A stretch of DNA of 64,000 nt from an uncultured bacterium (GTDB lineage Bacteria; Patescibacteriota; Microgenomatia; UBA1400; PJMF01), in the NCBI GenBank assembly GCA_903842795.1, contig CAIMNJ010000018.1, positions 67,246 through 131,245 of the forward strand. The letters are read 5' to 3'. Numbering within the stretch: the first letter of the stretch is position 1; each line of letters starts with the position of its first letter. Made by a program: the position numbers and the translations under genes. Below, in pieces: positions 12,416 through 21,714 of the stretch. The notes below the pieces were generated by a model. That model made no database searches and was not told where the DNA came from. It saw only the letters and a list, made by a program, of their open reading frames with translations.

Positions 12416-12489
12416 TGGACAATACAGGACTCGAACCTGTGACCTCACGAATGTGAATCGTGCGCTCTAACCAACTGAGCTAATTGTCC
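12416..12489 (-). tRNA. tRNA-Val (anticodon CAC)
   Basis: The minus strand reads GGACAAT-TA-GCTC-AGTTGGTTA-GAGC-G-CACGA-TTCACAT-TCGTG-AGGTC-ACAGG-TTCGAGT-CCTGT-ATTGTCC-A. This is a 74-nt cloverleaf with perfect stems, U33/A37, and anticodon CAC. No CCA is encoded. Confidence 0.9.
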
Positions 12490-12576
12490 TCTGAACTAGG
12501 CCGTATTATAGGAAACTCTTGGGCAAAAGACAATCCGCTACAAATTTTGCTACCAAAAACAGTAAAAATTAAAAAA

Positions 12577-13236
12577 ATGCAGATCAAAAATTTTTTTCTG
12601 GAATTGTTTTTCCCGGAATTCTGCCTAAATTGTGGGAAGCTTGGACCACCACTTTGTGCTAATTGTTATAACGATTTGAAATTTTATTTCATTGCAAATC
12701 AAAAAGATGAAATGAAAAAGAATTTAAATAAAATTTATTTTGATAATTTACAAATTATGGCCAATTTTTCTGGCTGTCTAGCCAAACTCATTAAAGCAAT
12801 TAAATACGAAAATGGCCGTAACATCGCTTATTTTCTAGCCAAAATGCTATACCGTCACCAAATAATTCCTCAAGTAGATATGATCACTTTCATTCCTTTA
12901 CATCCATATAAATTGCGTAGTAGAGGCTACAACCAGGGACAAATAATTGCCTTTGAACTTGGAAGAATCACCAATTTACCAGTCAAAAACCTACTTTTTA
13001 AAAAAGAAAATACTCTTGCTCAGGCTACAATAAAAAATCAAGAAGAACGACTGGCAAGAATGCAAAATCTATTTACTGTTCAAGAAAAATATAAACAATT
13101 GATTCAGAACAAAAAAATTCTATTGTTAGATGACATTGTCACTACCGGAGCTACAATCAATTCTGCCAGTCAAGTCTTGAAAGTCGCCCAAGTAAAACAA
13201 ATTTTTGCTATAGCACTCGGATCGAAAATGGAGTGA
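12577..13236 (+). CDS. comFC: ComF-family protein (ComFC-like phosphoribosyltransferase domain)
   Basis: N-terminal zinc-finger-like CLNCGKLGPPLCANCYNDL and a C-terminal PRTase motif ILLLDDIVTTGATINSAS. The start is set at ATG 12577 (MQIKNFF) because the longer ORF from 12484 would overlap tRNA-Val. Confidence 0.8.
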   Translation: MQIKNFFLELFFPEFCLNCGKLGPPLCANCYNDLKFYFIANQKDEMKKNLNKIYFDNLQIMANFSGCLAKLIKAIKYENGRNIAYFLAKMLYRHQIIPQVDMITFIPLHPYKLRSRGYNQGQIIAFELGRITNLPVKNLLFKKENTLAQATIKNQEERLARMQNLFTVQEKYKQLIQNKKILLLDDIVTTGATINSASQVLKVAQVKQIFAIALGSKME

Positions 13237-13281
13237 TTTATGGCTAATTTTATGCTATAATGGATGCTAGTTCTTTAAAAA

Positions 13282-13682
13282 GGGGATGTATTGCTTTGAC
13301 GTAACATCTTTTAGATAGTCGCAAATCGTCTTTCAGATCAAAAGACGTAAAAGAAGATCTAGACATAACTGTCGAAAATATAATTTCAAAAGCAAAGAGT
13401 GCTGTCAGTAATTTTATTGCCAGTTTCAATGCTCCAGCCTTAGCTTATTGCTAATGCCGGCATTTATTTATTTGTGTGAGTGATGCAAATAAATAAGTGG
13501 AAACCCAGTCACTTTGCAGATTATTCGCCTTTGCGTGGCGGATAATTCTAAGAAATTAACGCAGATAAATTAGAGAGAGTTTGTTTGTAATACTTACTAA
13601 TTTTTAATCAAAAATAAACTAGATTTGTAGAAGCTATTTGAACAGCTGGATACGGACGCGGGGTCATAACCCGCCATCTCCA
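13282..13682 (+). ncRNA. ssrA: Candidate tmRNA (ssrA), ~400 nt
   Basis: The 5' end GGGGATGTATTGCTTTGACG resembles the tmRNA 5' acceptor plus the GAUUCGACG-like block. The 3' end GGACGCGGGGTCATAACCCGCCATCTCCA matches the tmRNA/tRNA-Ala-like T-arm plus acceptor (compare GGACGGGGGTTCGATTCCCCCGCCTCCACCA). The 5' GGGGATG pairs with the 3' CATCTCC with one G-U. The RNA sits in a 467-nt gene-free gap. The tag reading frame is unresolved; candidates are the 'TAGTC GCA AAT...' resume-like site at 13316-13350 or a frame ending ...NAPALAYC* at 13444. Confidence 0.45.
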
Positions 13683-13703
13683 CTTTTAAAATCTAATAAA
13701 AAT

Positions 13704-15890
13704 CTAACTCTGATCCTTACTCATCAAAAATTCTCTAATTTTGTTGTTATTGACGTCTCTTGGCTTGCTGCCATCTGGAGCACCCACTAGCCCAAGCTCA
13801 TAAAGCTGGTCCAGAATTCTGGCTGCGCGAGCATAACCAACCGACAAGCGACGTTGAATTAGTGAAGAAGAAGCCTTATCTGCAGTCAAGAAAAGTCTGG
13901 CTGCCTCTACACATTTATCATCAATATCATTTCCATTACTATCAGCACCCATACTACCTCCAGTCACTTTGCCAGCTTGATATTTACTGACAATATCAGC
14001 TTCATATTGAGGCTTCTGACCCTGAGACTTAATGAAATTAATTAAATCTTTGGCTTCTTGAGTACTAACGAAGGTGCCTTGAACACGAATTGGCTTGGGT
14101 TTATCTGGAGCTTGGAAAAGCATATCACCACGACCAAGTAGCTTTTCTGCCCCTGGACTATCCAAGATTACACGACTATCAGTCATAGAAGTAACGTTAA
14201 AAGCAATACGAGTTGGGATATTTGCCTTGATTAAACCAGTCAAAACATCTACTGAAGGACGCTGTGTAGCCAAAACTAGGTGGATGCCAACAGCACGAGC
14301 CATTTGAGCTATACGAGTTACACTATCCTCAACTTCGGCTGGAGCAAACAACATTACATCAGCTAATTCATCAATCACAATTACAATATTTGGCATTGTG
14401 GCTAAACCAGCTAATTCGTTGTATTCGCTAATAGTTTTGACTCCAACTTCCTGAAGCATCTTGTAACGGCTATCCATTGTGGCACATGCCCACTTAAGTG
14501 CTGAAACTACTTTGTCTGGTTCGGTAATTACTGGAGTAAGTAAATGTGGAATATTATCATAACCTGTTAATTCAACACGTTTTGGATCTACCAAAATCAA
14601 TTTCACTTCCTCTGGAGTGGCACGATAAAGAATTGAGCATAAAAACGAATTAACACAAACTGACTTACCAGAGCCAGTTGATCCAGCAATCAAAAGATGA
14701 GGCATTGAGGCAATATCTACCACAGAAGGATTGCCAGATACATCAATACCAAGCGCCACAGCTAATTTAGACTTATGTTTTTTCATTACTGGAGAAGACA
14801 ACATCGTCTTAAGAGTGACATATTCAGCACTACGATTTGGCACTTCTACACCAACCAAATTGCGACCAGGAATTGGTGCTTCAATACGAATTTGACCCGT
14901 TGGAGCAGAAAGAGCCAATGCTAAATCAGTTGATAAAGCCGTAATTTTAGCCAAGCGAGTACCAACCTTAATATCTAAAGCATATTGAGTTACTGCTGGA
15001 CCAGGATTATATTCAACTACCTTGGCACTAATACCAAAAGAATCAAGGGTATTTTCAATAATTGAAGCATTTCCTTTCACGTCACCACGATCGGCTTTGC
15101 CACCAGTTTTTTGCGAAAGCAAAGAAAGAGGCGGATATTCCCAAACCATTGGTACAGCAGAAGTATTTAGATTCTCAGGACCATTAAGATCCTGTGTATT
15201 GATATTGGAAGAGGTCTGTTTCTTAATTTCGTCCTCAATAATTGCCTTGGCTGAAGTAGTGTCTTGCTCAAGCTCTTTATTGAAAGAAGATCCTTGTTTT
15301 AATTCTCTATCCTTGCCAAAACCAAATGTTGGAATAGAGAAACCTTTAGCTTTATTGATTTCTTTTTCAGAAACTTGATCAGCAAAAATATCTTTATCAG
15401 CTTTCTTCTCTTTTTTCTTGAATAATTTAGCAATCAACTCAAAGAGCTCAATCAAAGAAGATTGAGAAAGAATTAAGAAACCAATTAAGAAAATTGCAGC
15501 AAAAAAGGCATAGGAACCTGGCTCTGTAAGAAGCCTACCAAAATTAAAAAAGACACTTTCACCCACTTGGCCACTTCTAGCAAAACCCATAGTACCAATC
15601 ATTAGTAAAATAGTTCCAAGTAAAATAGTGGGCTTGGACCAAGCGTGCTTGCTACGCAACATCACTAAACCTGCAGAAATAAAGACAAATGGCAAGTACA
15701 GCATGGCCAAGCCAAACTGCAAAGATAAAAAGTCATTAATAAAAACAAGCAACTGACCACGACCAGTAAAAGAAAGAATTACCAATAAACCCAACAACAT
15801 GAGAGAAACTGCCACAATTGAGTGACTAGTCTCCGCTCTCATTTTCAAACGAATTGCTTGTTTTTTTCTTCTACTCTTAGACTTAGCCAT
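13704..15890 (-). CDS. ftsK: DNA translocase FtsK/SpoIIIE
   Basis: N-terminal polytopic membrane domain, then a motor domain with Walker A LLIAGSTGSGKSVCVNS and Walker B VIVIDELAD. A C-terminal winged-helix gamma domain follows (SSLIQRRLSVGYARAARILDQLYELGLV). Confidence 0.93.
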   Translation of the reverse strand: MAKSKSRRKKQAIRLKMRAETSHSIVAVSLMLLGLLVILSFTGRGQLLVFINDFLSLQFGLAMLYLPFVFISAGLVMLRSKHAWSKPTILLGTILLMIGTMGFARSGQVGESVFFNFGRLLTEPGSYAFFAAIFLIGFLILSQSSLIELFELIAKLFKKKEKKADKDIFADQVSEKEINKAKGFSIPTFGFGKDRELKQGSSFNKELEQDTTSAKAIIEDEIKKQTSSNINTQDLNGPENLNTSAVPMVWEYPPLSLLSQKTGGKADRGDVKGNASIIENTLDSFGISAKVVEYNPGPAVTQYALDIKVGTRLAKITALSTDLALALSAPTGQIRIEAPIPGRNLVGVEVPNRSAEYVTLKTMLSSPVMKKHKSKLAVALGIDVSGNPSVVDIASMPHLLIAGSTGSGKSVCVNSFLCSILYRATPEEVKLILVDPKRVELTGYDNIPHLLTPVITEPDKVVSALKWACATMDSRYKMLQEVGVKTISEYNELAGLATMPNIVIVIDELADVMLFAPAEVEDSVTRIAQMARAVGIHLVLATQRPSVDVLTGLIKANIPTRIAFNVTSMTDSRVILDSPGAEKLLGRGDMLFQAPDKPKPIRVQGTFVSTQEAKDLINFIKSQGQKPQYEADIVSKYQAGKVTGGSMGADSNGNDIDDKCVEAARLFLTADKASSSLIQRRLSVGYARAARILDQLYELGLVGAPDGSKPRDVNNNKIREFLMSKDQS

Positions 15891-15996
15891 AATTATTTAT
15901 TATAGGATATAACACAAAACACTAATACAAGTCAAGTGCTTTGATTCCCTTACTCTTTCTATTTAAGAGGAAAAGCACCTGACTTGCAAGAGAAGA

Positions 15997-17658
15997 CTAC
16001 ATGTCCATGATAACTGGAACAATCATCGGCTCGCGCTGAATTACTTTATAGAGTTTTTTACCCAATCTACGCTCAATTTTTTTCTTGAGTTCATCATCCT
16101 TAAGATTTTGTTCTCCTTCGCTAATAATTTCAGCAGTTTTTTCCTTGATAAACTGCACCACTTCGTCAGCCTCTTTCATAAAAACAAAACCTCTGGAAAC
16201 AACTTTCATTTGCGCTAAATCAAAGTTGCCATCCACTTTTGGAATAACCAGAACAATAATGCCAGCCTTAGAAAGCGATAGACGATCAGAAAGAACTACT
16301 GGTCCAACATCACCGATGCCTAAACCATCAACTGCTTTGGCATTTAAAAGGACCTCATCTACTACCTTAACCCCAGTCTCATCAATACCTAGGACTTCGC
16401 CTGATTTTGGCAAAAGAACATGGCGATCATCATAGCCAGATTCGAAAGCAACAAGCTTTTTAAAAAGAGCGCGATGTCTGTCTGCGCCGCCAATTGGCAT
16501 CAAGTAAGTAGCATGCAAAGTTTCTACCACTTCCTTTTGTTCCAAAGCACTGGCATGACCAGAGGCGTGGATTTTGTGATTTATTTCTGGATAAACCACT
16601 TCCACTCCATTAGCTGAAAGCTCGTCAATGGCAGCGTAGTAATTAATTTCATTGCCAGGAATTACATTGGCAGAGAAAATCACCTTGTCTTCTGGAGTGA
16701 TCTGAATGACACGATGCTCGCCGTAAACGGCTCGCACCAAAGAAGATCCTTCCTGACCCTGACTGCCAGCAATAATCACACAAAGTTTACTATCTGGCAC
16801 TTCAGCAATATGATTTTTATCAACTTGCATACCAACTGGCACACGAAGTTTTTTGAGCAATGAGGCGGAAACAACATTCTGCTCTACACTACGCCCTACA
16901 AAAACCACTTGACGACCTAAACGCTCACAGGCATCCACCACCTGTTGGATACGATGAATATGAGAACTCATTAAGGTAACCAAAATCTTGCCTTTTACAT
17001 TAGTCATTTCTTGCTCAAGAGCAGGACCAACTGATGACTCTGATCTGGTCCAGGTGTCTTCTTCCACACGCAAAGAGTCAATCATGGCTAAAAGCACTCC
17101 TTCACCAGCTACTCTGCGCACTTCTTCAAGATCTGATAAAACTCCATCAACTGGTGATTTATCTAATTTGAAGTCACTACCATGGTAAATTTTGCCAACT
17201 GGAGTATCGATTACGACATGTTTTGTATCTGGTACAGAATGAGTCATGGCAATTAGTTCAAAAGAGAAATTATTGCTCAATTTTAAAACCTGTTTGTCTG
17301 GAACAACATTGACTTGACGTTCAATCTTTTTATCTGCCAATCGATCCTGAGCAAAACCAGCAGTTAGAGGTGAAGCATAAATTGGAAATTCTGGCAAATC
17401 TCCAAGCAAATAAGGTAAAGCACCAATATGGTCGTCGTGACCGTGACTCAAAATCATAGCAATAATTTTGGCCCCTGCTTGAACTTGATCTTGTAGATAG
17501 CTAATATCTGGGATCAAAGTATCAACTCCAGGCATATACATATCTGGAAAACCGATGCCACAATCAACGATTAAAATTTCGTTTTCATATTGATAAACAT
17601 ACATGTTTTGGGTAACACTACCCATGCCTCCTAAAGGTAAAAGTTTTAGTTTAGACAT
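15997..17658 (-). CDS. rnj: Ribonuclease J (metallo-beta-lactamase / beta-CASP)
   Basis: HxHxDH motif (LSHGHDDHIGALPYLL) plus beta-CASP and a C-terminal domain, 553 aa. Confidence 0.9.
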   Translation of the reverse strand: MSKLKLLPLGGMGSVTQNMYVYQYENEILIVDCGIGFPDMYMPGVDTLIPDISYLQDQVQAGAKIIAMILSHGHDDHIGALPYLLGDLPEFPIYASPLTAGFAQDRLADKKIERQVNVVPDKQVLKLSNNFSFELIAMTHSVPDTKHVVIDTPVGKIYHGSDFKLDKSPVDGVLSDLEEVRRVAGEGVLLAMIDSLRVEEDTWTRSESSVGPALEQEMTNVKGKILVTLMSSHIHRIQQVVDACERLGRQVVFVGRSVEQNVVSASLLKKLRVPVGMQVDKNHIAEVPDSKLCVIIAGSQGQEGSSLVRAVYGEHRVIQITPEDKVIFSANVIPGNEINYYAAIDELSANGVEVVYPEINHKIHASGHASALEQKEVVETLHATYLMPIGGADRHRALFKKLVAFESGYDDRHVLLPKSGEVLGIDETGVKVVDEVLLNAKAVDGLGIGDVGPVVLSDRLSLSKAGIIVLVIPKVDGNFDLAQMKVVSRGFVFMKEADEVVQFIKEKTAEIISEGEQNLKDDELKKKIERRLGKKLYKVIQREPMIVPVIMDM

Positions 17659-17745
17659 ATTTTTTATGCAAATTATTCCCTCAAGAATAACTTGCTCCTT
17701 TCTTTTTTATTTCTTTAATTTTATTTATTTATGATCAAATTATTT

Positions 17746-18492
17746 TTAAACAAAAAACAACATTGAGATTAATAAGATTATATTCGCAATATAGCTAGGA
17801 AGCACGAGTCTTTTTCTATTTTCCAACCACCAAGAATTCTTAGTAATTTTCTTTGAGAACTTGCCAGGAATTTTACCGTTATAAATTTTTTTATAAAATT
17901 CACTCAAAATTCTTTCAAAACCAAAAATAGCTAAAGTAAAAATTTTAGGATCAGGATTAGCGAATCTGAATAATAAAATCAATCCTGCCACCATTGCCAA
18001 AAATGGACTGCGAAAAAATTTAAGCTTCTCGAAACCTTCATAAGGAGCATCTTTCATCATGCCACCCATTGCTGTCACAAAACCAGCTAAAAAAATTACC
18101 AAATAGTAGTTAAGGTTAAAATCAATAAACAACACAAAATAAACAAAAAAAGCATAGATTACCAAAGCTAATAATCTCTTCAGCCAAATGTTTTGTTTAA
18201 AACTTAAGTCTGAAGGAATCGAATACTTACTTTGATCTTCTTTCCTAATTAAAGCTTTATAAATTTCTGTTGCTAGGCGCTCAATCGCGATTGCACTTAA
18301 AGAAACTAGAAATAGATTGGTGTTTGAACAATAAAAATACAACAATATTGCAGCTAAAAAAGCAAAGATAAAAGAGCGTAGAATTTTGAAAATTTGGAAT
18401 TTCTCTACCACAAGATCACCATAAACGCCCCACAAAACCATGTTCATCACTCCCAAAGCAGCTGCTAATAAATAGAAAAAAAACTGCATCAT
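17746..18492 (-). CDS. Hypothetical polytopic membrane protein
   Basis: 248-aa ORF with six or more hydrophobic helices and no recognisable motif. Confidence 0.5.
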   Translation of the reverse strand: MMQFFFYLLAAALGVMNMVLWGVYGDLVVEKFQIFKILRSFIFAFLAAILLYFYCSNTNLFLVSLSAIAIERLATEIYKALIRKEDQSKYSIPSDLSFKQNIWLKRLLALVIYAFFVYFVLFIDFNLNYYLVIFLAGFVTAMGGMMKDAPYEGFEKLKFFRSPFLAMVAGLILLFRFANPDPKIFTLAIFGFERILSEFYKKIYNGKIPGKFSKKITKNSWWLENRKRLVLPSYIANIILLISMLFFV

Positions 18493-19125
18493 TTATAGCA
18501 ATGCCTCTCTAACAGTTTCTGTGAATTCCTCAGTAGCACTAGCTTTTTCTACCCAATTTACAATTTTTTCAATTTTGGAAAAATCTTTGACAAAAGACTC
18601 TTTAATTCTAGTAGCTCTAAGAGCAGCAGCAGGATGATACATGGGCAAAACAAACAAAGTTTGATTATTCCATTTGATTTTATGTAATCTGCCATGAACT
18701 TCTGAGACCTTTACATCTGGCAAAAATTTACCCATGCTAAAACGACCTAAAGTAACAATTAATTTTGGCTTGATTACTTGGATTTCTGCATCTAGATATG
18801 GTTTAAAAGCCAAAATTTCCTCTTGTAATGGATCACGATTGTCAGGTGGTCGAACTTTAACAATGTTGCTAATATAAACTTCTTTCTCTGATAAACCACT
18901 TTCTGCCAAAATTTTGCGCAAAAGTTGCCCAGAACGACCAACAAATGGCCTTCTTTGCACACTTTCATAATAACCAGGAGCTTCACCAATCAACATCACA
19001 CTAGCAGACTCATTCCCTTCACCATGCACAATGTCTTCAGGTTTTTCAACTAGAGGGAGATTTTGGAAGTTTTTTTCTAGATCTGCTTTGAGTGAGTTTA
19101 AATCAGTGAAATTCATTAAGTTCAT
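18493..19125 (-). CDS. Uracil-DNA glycosylase, family 4
   Basis: Motif A GEAPGYYESVQRRPFVGRSGQLL is the family 4/5 UDG signature (GE[AG]PG...PF.G..G). A C-terminal HPAA-like motif (YHPAAALR) is also present. Confidence 0.85.
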   Translation of the reverse strand: MNLMNFTDLNSLKADLEKNFQNLPLVEKPEDIVHGEGNESASVMLIGEAPGYYESVQRRPFVGRSGQLLRKILAESGLSEKEVYISNIVKVRPPDNRDPLQEEILAFKPYLDAEIQVIKPKLIVTLGRFSMGKFLPDVKVSEVHGRLHKIKWNNQTLFVLPMYHPAAALRATRIKESFVKDFSKIEKIVNWVEKASATEEFTETVREALL

Positions 19126-19142
19126 TATAGCAACAATTAGCT

Positions 19143-20201
19143 CTAGTAGGATGGCAAGAAAATCTTGTAATTATCTGGACCAATTTCTACCTTATCATAC
19201 TTGCCTTCCACAATAATACGTGCCGCCTTGCGAGCAGCTCCCTGAATAGTACGTTGCAAAGTACGAATACCAGCATCAAAACCAAGTGGACGAACCATTT
19301 TTTGCCACATTTCATCACGAATAATAAATTGTTCTGGTTTGAGACCAACTTCGGCCAAAACTTGAGGCATCACATATTTCTTGGCAATGGAAACTTTTTC
19401 CTCATCTGTATAAGACGGCATAGTAATCTTTTCCATACGATCCATGACAGCGGTGGCAATTTTGCGGGTATTATTGGCGGTTGCTAAAAAGATCGCTTGG
19501 GAAAGATCTATTGGATAATTAATATAGTCATCGGTAAAAGCATGATTTTGCGCTGGATCCAGCAACTCAACCAAAACACCCATGATGTCCATGTTAGCGT
19601 CATCGGCACTACGATCAATCTCATCAAGTAAAATGATCGGATTCATTACTCCAGCTTCACAAACTCCTTTGACTACTTTACCAGGCTCAGAACCAAGAAC
19701 TAAACGAGAATGACCTCTTAATTCTTTGGCACTGCCCATACCACCAAAAGGAATACGCACCAATTTACGACCAAGAGCCTCTGCTAAAGAGTAAGCAAAA
19801 GTTGTTTTACCGGTACCAACCAAGCCCACTAAAAGCAAAATTGGAGCATGAAAAGTTTCATCTTGTAAATTATTTTTTTGTAAATTTAAAACTGCTAAAT
19901 ATTCCAAAAAACGATCTTTGACCTCTTGCATGCCAAAATGATGTTGATCGAAAATTTCCTGAGCTTTAGGAATATCTAAAACGTCGTTTGATTTCTTTCC
20001 AAACGGCAAACGTAAGCACCAGTCAATATAATGAGAAACTTTCTCATATTTCTCATCATAACTACCAAGCTCGACACTACGCTCCAAAGCCACAATTTCT
20101 TTTTTGAGCTGATAGCGCATTTCCTCTGGCAATTCACCTTGTTCAACTTTAGCAGCCAAAGCAGCAATCTCTTGGTTGAGAATTTCGCGGAAATCTGACA
20201 T
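19143..20201 (-). CDS. Lon-like AAA+ ATPase lacking the protease domain
   Basis: 352-aa ORF. YIDWCLRLPFGKKSNDVLD, HFGMQEVKDRFLEYLAV, LLVGLVGTGKTTFAYSLAEALGRKLVRIPFGGMGSAKELRGHSRLVLGSEPGKVV and ILLDEIDR align block-for-block with the Lon A-domain (Walker A, Walker B, sensor). The ORF stops after the alpha-helical lid (…PDNYKIFLPSY) with no S16 peptidase Ser-Lys dyad. Confidence 0.75.
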   Translation of the reverse strand: MSDFREILNQEIAALAAKVEQGELPEEMRYQLKKEIVALERSVELGSYDEKYEKVSHYIDWCLRLPFGKKSNDVLDIPKAQEIFDQHHFGMQEVKDRFLEYLAVLNLQKNNLQDETFHAPILLLVGLVGTGKTTFAYSLAEALGRKLVRIPFGGMGSAKELRGHSRLVLGSEPGKVVKGVCEAGVMNPIILLDEIDRSADDANMDIMGVLVELLDPAQNHAFTDDYINYPIDLSQAIFLATANNTRKIATAVMDRMEKITMPSYTDEEKVSIAKKYVMPQVLAEVGLKPEQFIIRDEMWQKMVRPLGFDAGIRTLQRTIQGAARKAARIIVEGKYDKVEIGPDNYKIFLPSY

Positions 20202-20215
20202 AGGTTTATAAAAAA

Positions 20216-20725
20216 TTAATCCTTATATTTGACAGCCACACCAAGCCCAATTAAAAATAAGGCTAGAGCTGCACTTAAAAAGGTATTTTCCACAGTACCA
20301 GAAGCTGGCAAAGAGCTACCAGAAGAAGTGACCGTAGCTGTAGGTGTGGAAGTAGGGGTGGTAGTAGCAGAAGTAGAGCTAATGGTCAAAGTAAAATTCA
20401 AACTACTCTGACTAGCTGAACTGATGGTAACAGTGTGAGCACTATAAGTCAGATTGGAAAGATAGGTGGACCAATCACCAATAGAATTAGCAGTAGCTGA
20501 ATAAGTCACATCGTCAATCTTAACTGCCACAGAACTCGATGCATTGGCAGTACCATAAAGAGTAAATGACCTTAAAGGATAAGTGTAGGCGGAAACGGTT
20601 GAGCCAATTCCTTTGCCAGTTACATCGGTAGCACCAATCTTAGTGATTTCCATGGCGCTAGCGCCATCAACAAAAACTAAGAAAAAAACTGCAAAAAAAG
20701 ATAATAAATACAAAAGCCTTTTCAT
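20216..20725 (-). CDS. Secreted Ser/Thr-rich surface protein with an LPxTG-like (LPASG) cell-wall sorting signal
   Basis: Signal peptide (MKRLLYLLSFFAVFFLVFVDGASA) and a T/S-rich linker. The C-terminus is LPASG, then a hydrophobic helix (FLSAALALFLIGLGVAV), then KYKD, the canonical tripartite sortase substrate signal. Confidence 0.7.
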   Translation of the reverse strand: MKRLLYLLSFFAVFFLVFVDGASAMEITKIGATDVTGKGIGSTVSAYTYPLRSFTLYGTANASSSVAVKIDDVTYSATANSIGDWSTYLSNLTYSAHTVTISSASQSSLNFTLTISSTSATTTPTSTPTATVTSSGSSLPASGTVENTFLSAALALFLIGLGVAVKYKD

Positions 20726-20743
20726 ATTCTATTTAATTAAACA

Positions 20744-21679
20744 CTAATTTTGGTGCTTTGTTAACTCTAAGATTTGCGCCTTACGCAATAAACCCAACTT
20801 AGCTCCAAAATAAGCAACAACATTTCCAGCGTTTTTAACTCCCCAAGCAATAGCAGTTGGGGTGTCATGCCCATAAAGAGTGGCTGCTACATAGGCAGCA
20901 GCAAAAGCATCACCAGCCCCAGTACTATCCACAAGAGTACTAGCTTCACCTTCAAATTCAAATTTCTTCTTACCAAAAAGATGAACTTCGCCACCTTTTT
21001 TCCCTTTAGTGATTACCACCTGTGGAAAGTTTAGTAGAATTTCTTCATGTAGAGGCTCAATCATGTCCCATTCTTCTTGATTCACGAAAAAAACTTCACA
21101 CGGAATTTGTTCAATGACAAACTCTTCATTAAGCAAAAGCTCCAATTCTTTTTTGCCAGGATTCCAAGAAAGCTTAGTTTCTTGATTACTACTTACCACT
21201 TTAAAAATTTTGGCCAAAGTTTCTTTGCGTCCGCCTATGCTAGAGAGATGAAGCCATCTGCTTTGCGATAACCAAAAAGCTGGCAAATCAAAAGGATCAA
21301 GCATCGAGGCGGCCCCACGATGCACCATAGCAACTCTTTCTGAATCTTTTGCTACTAGTACTACTGAGCCTCCAGTTTTTTCTAATTTTTCCTGTATCAG
21401 TAAATTTGTAGCTACACCTTCTTTTTGAAAATCAGCGTTAATTAAACTAGCAAACTCATCCCGACCAGTTTCAGAGATAACAGCAGTAGCAAAACCTAAG
21501 CGAGCAAACGATACAGCAGTGTTGCTTGCTCCACCACCAGTCACAATATGAAAATCTGACAATTCAAGTTTGTCGCCATAAGTCAAAATTTGGCGCTCGC
21601 CGTCACGATCAGCTTCCAAATCATTAGACTTGATAAAAATATCAAGCAAAGATGAGCCGATAGAAATTACATCGTACAT
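20744..21679 (-). CDS. PfkB-family carbohydrate kinase (ribokinase-like)
   Basis: N-terminal GG motif (VTGGGASNTAVSFARLG) and C-terminal anion-hole/ATP motif DSTGAGDAFAAAYVAATLYG. Confidence 0.85.
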   Translation of the reverse strand: MYDVISIGSSLLDIFIKSNDLEADRDGERQILTYGDKLELSDFHIVTGGGASNTAVSFARLGFATAVISETGRDEFASLINADFQKEGVATNLLIQEKLEKTGGSVVLVAKDSERVAMVHRGAASMLDPFDLPAFWLSQSRWLHLSSIGGRKETLAKIFKVVSSNQETKLSWNPGKKELELLLNEEFVIEQIPCEVFFVNQEEWDMIEPLHEEILLNFPQVVITKGKKGGEVHLFGKKKFEFEGEASTLVDSTGAGDAFAAAYVAATLYGHDTPTAIAWGVKNAGNVVAYFGAKLGLLRKAQILELTKHQN

Positions 21680-21714
21680 ATGGGCAGACTTTCTTCTCTA
21701 TCTTAACGTGAAAG

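Noticed and set aside
12484-12576. Longer comFC ORF starting at 12484
   Set aside because: It would overlap tRNA-Val (12416-12489) on the opposite strand. The ATG at 12577 (MQIKNFF) is the plausible start.
13282-13682. Alternative identities for the structured intergenic RNA (RNase P RNA, SRP/4.5S RNA)
   Set aside because: The conserved RNase P P4 (AGGAAAGUCCGGGC) and SRP domain IV motifs were not found. The ends match the tmRNA tRNA-like domain better.
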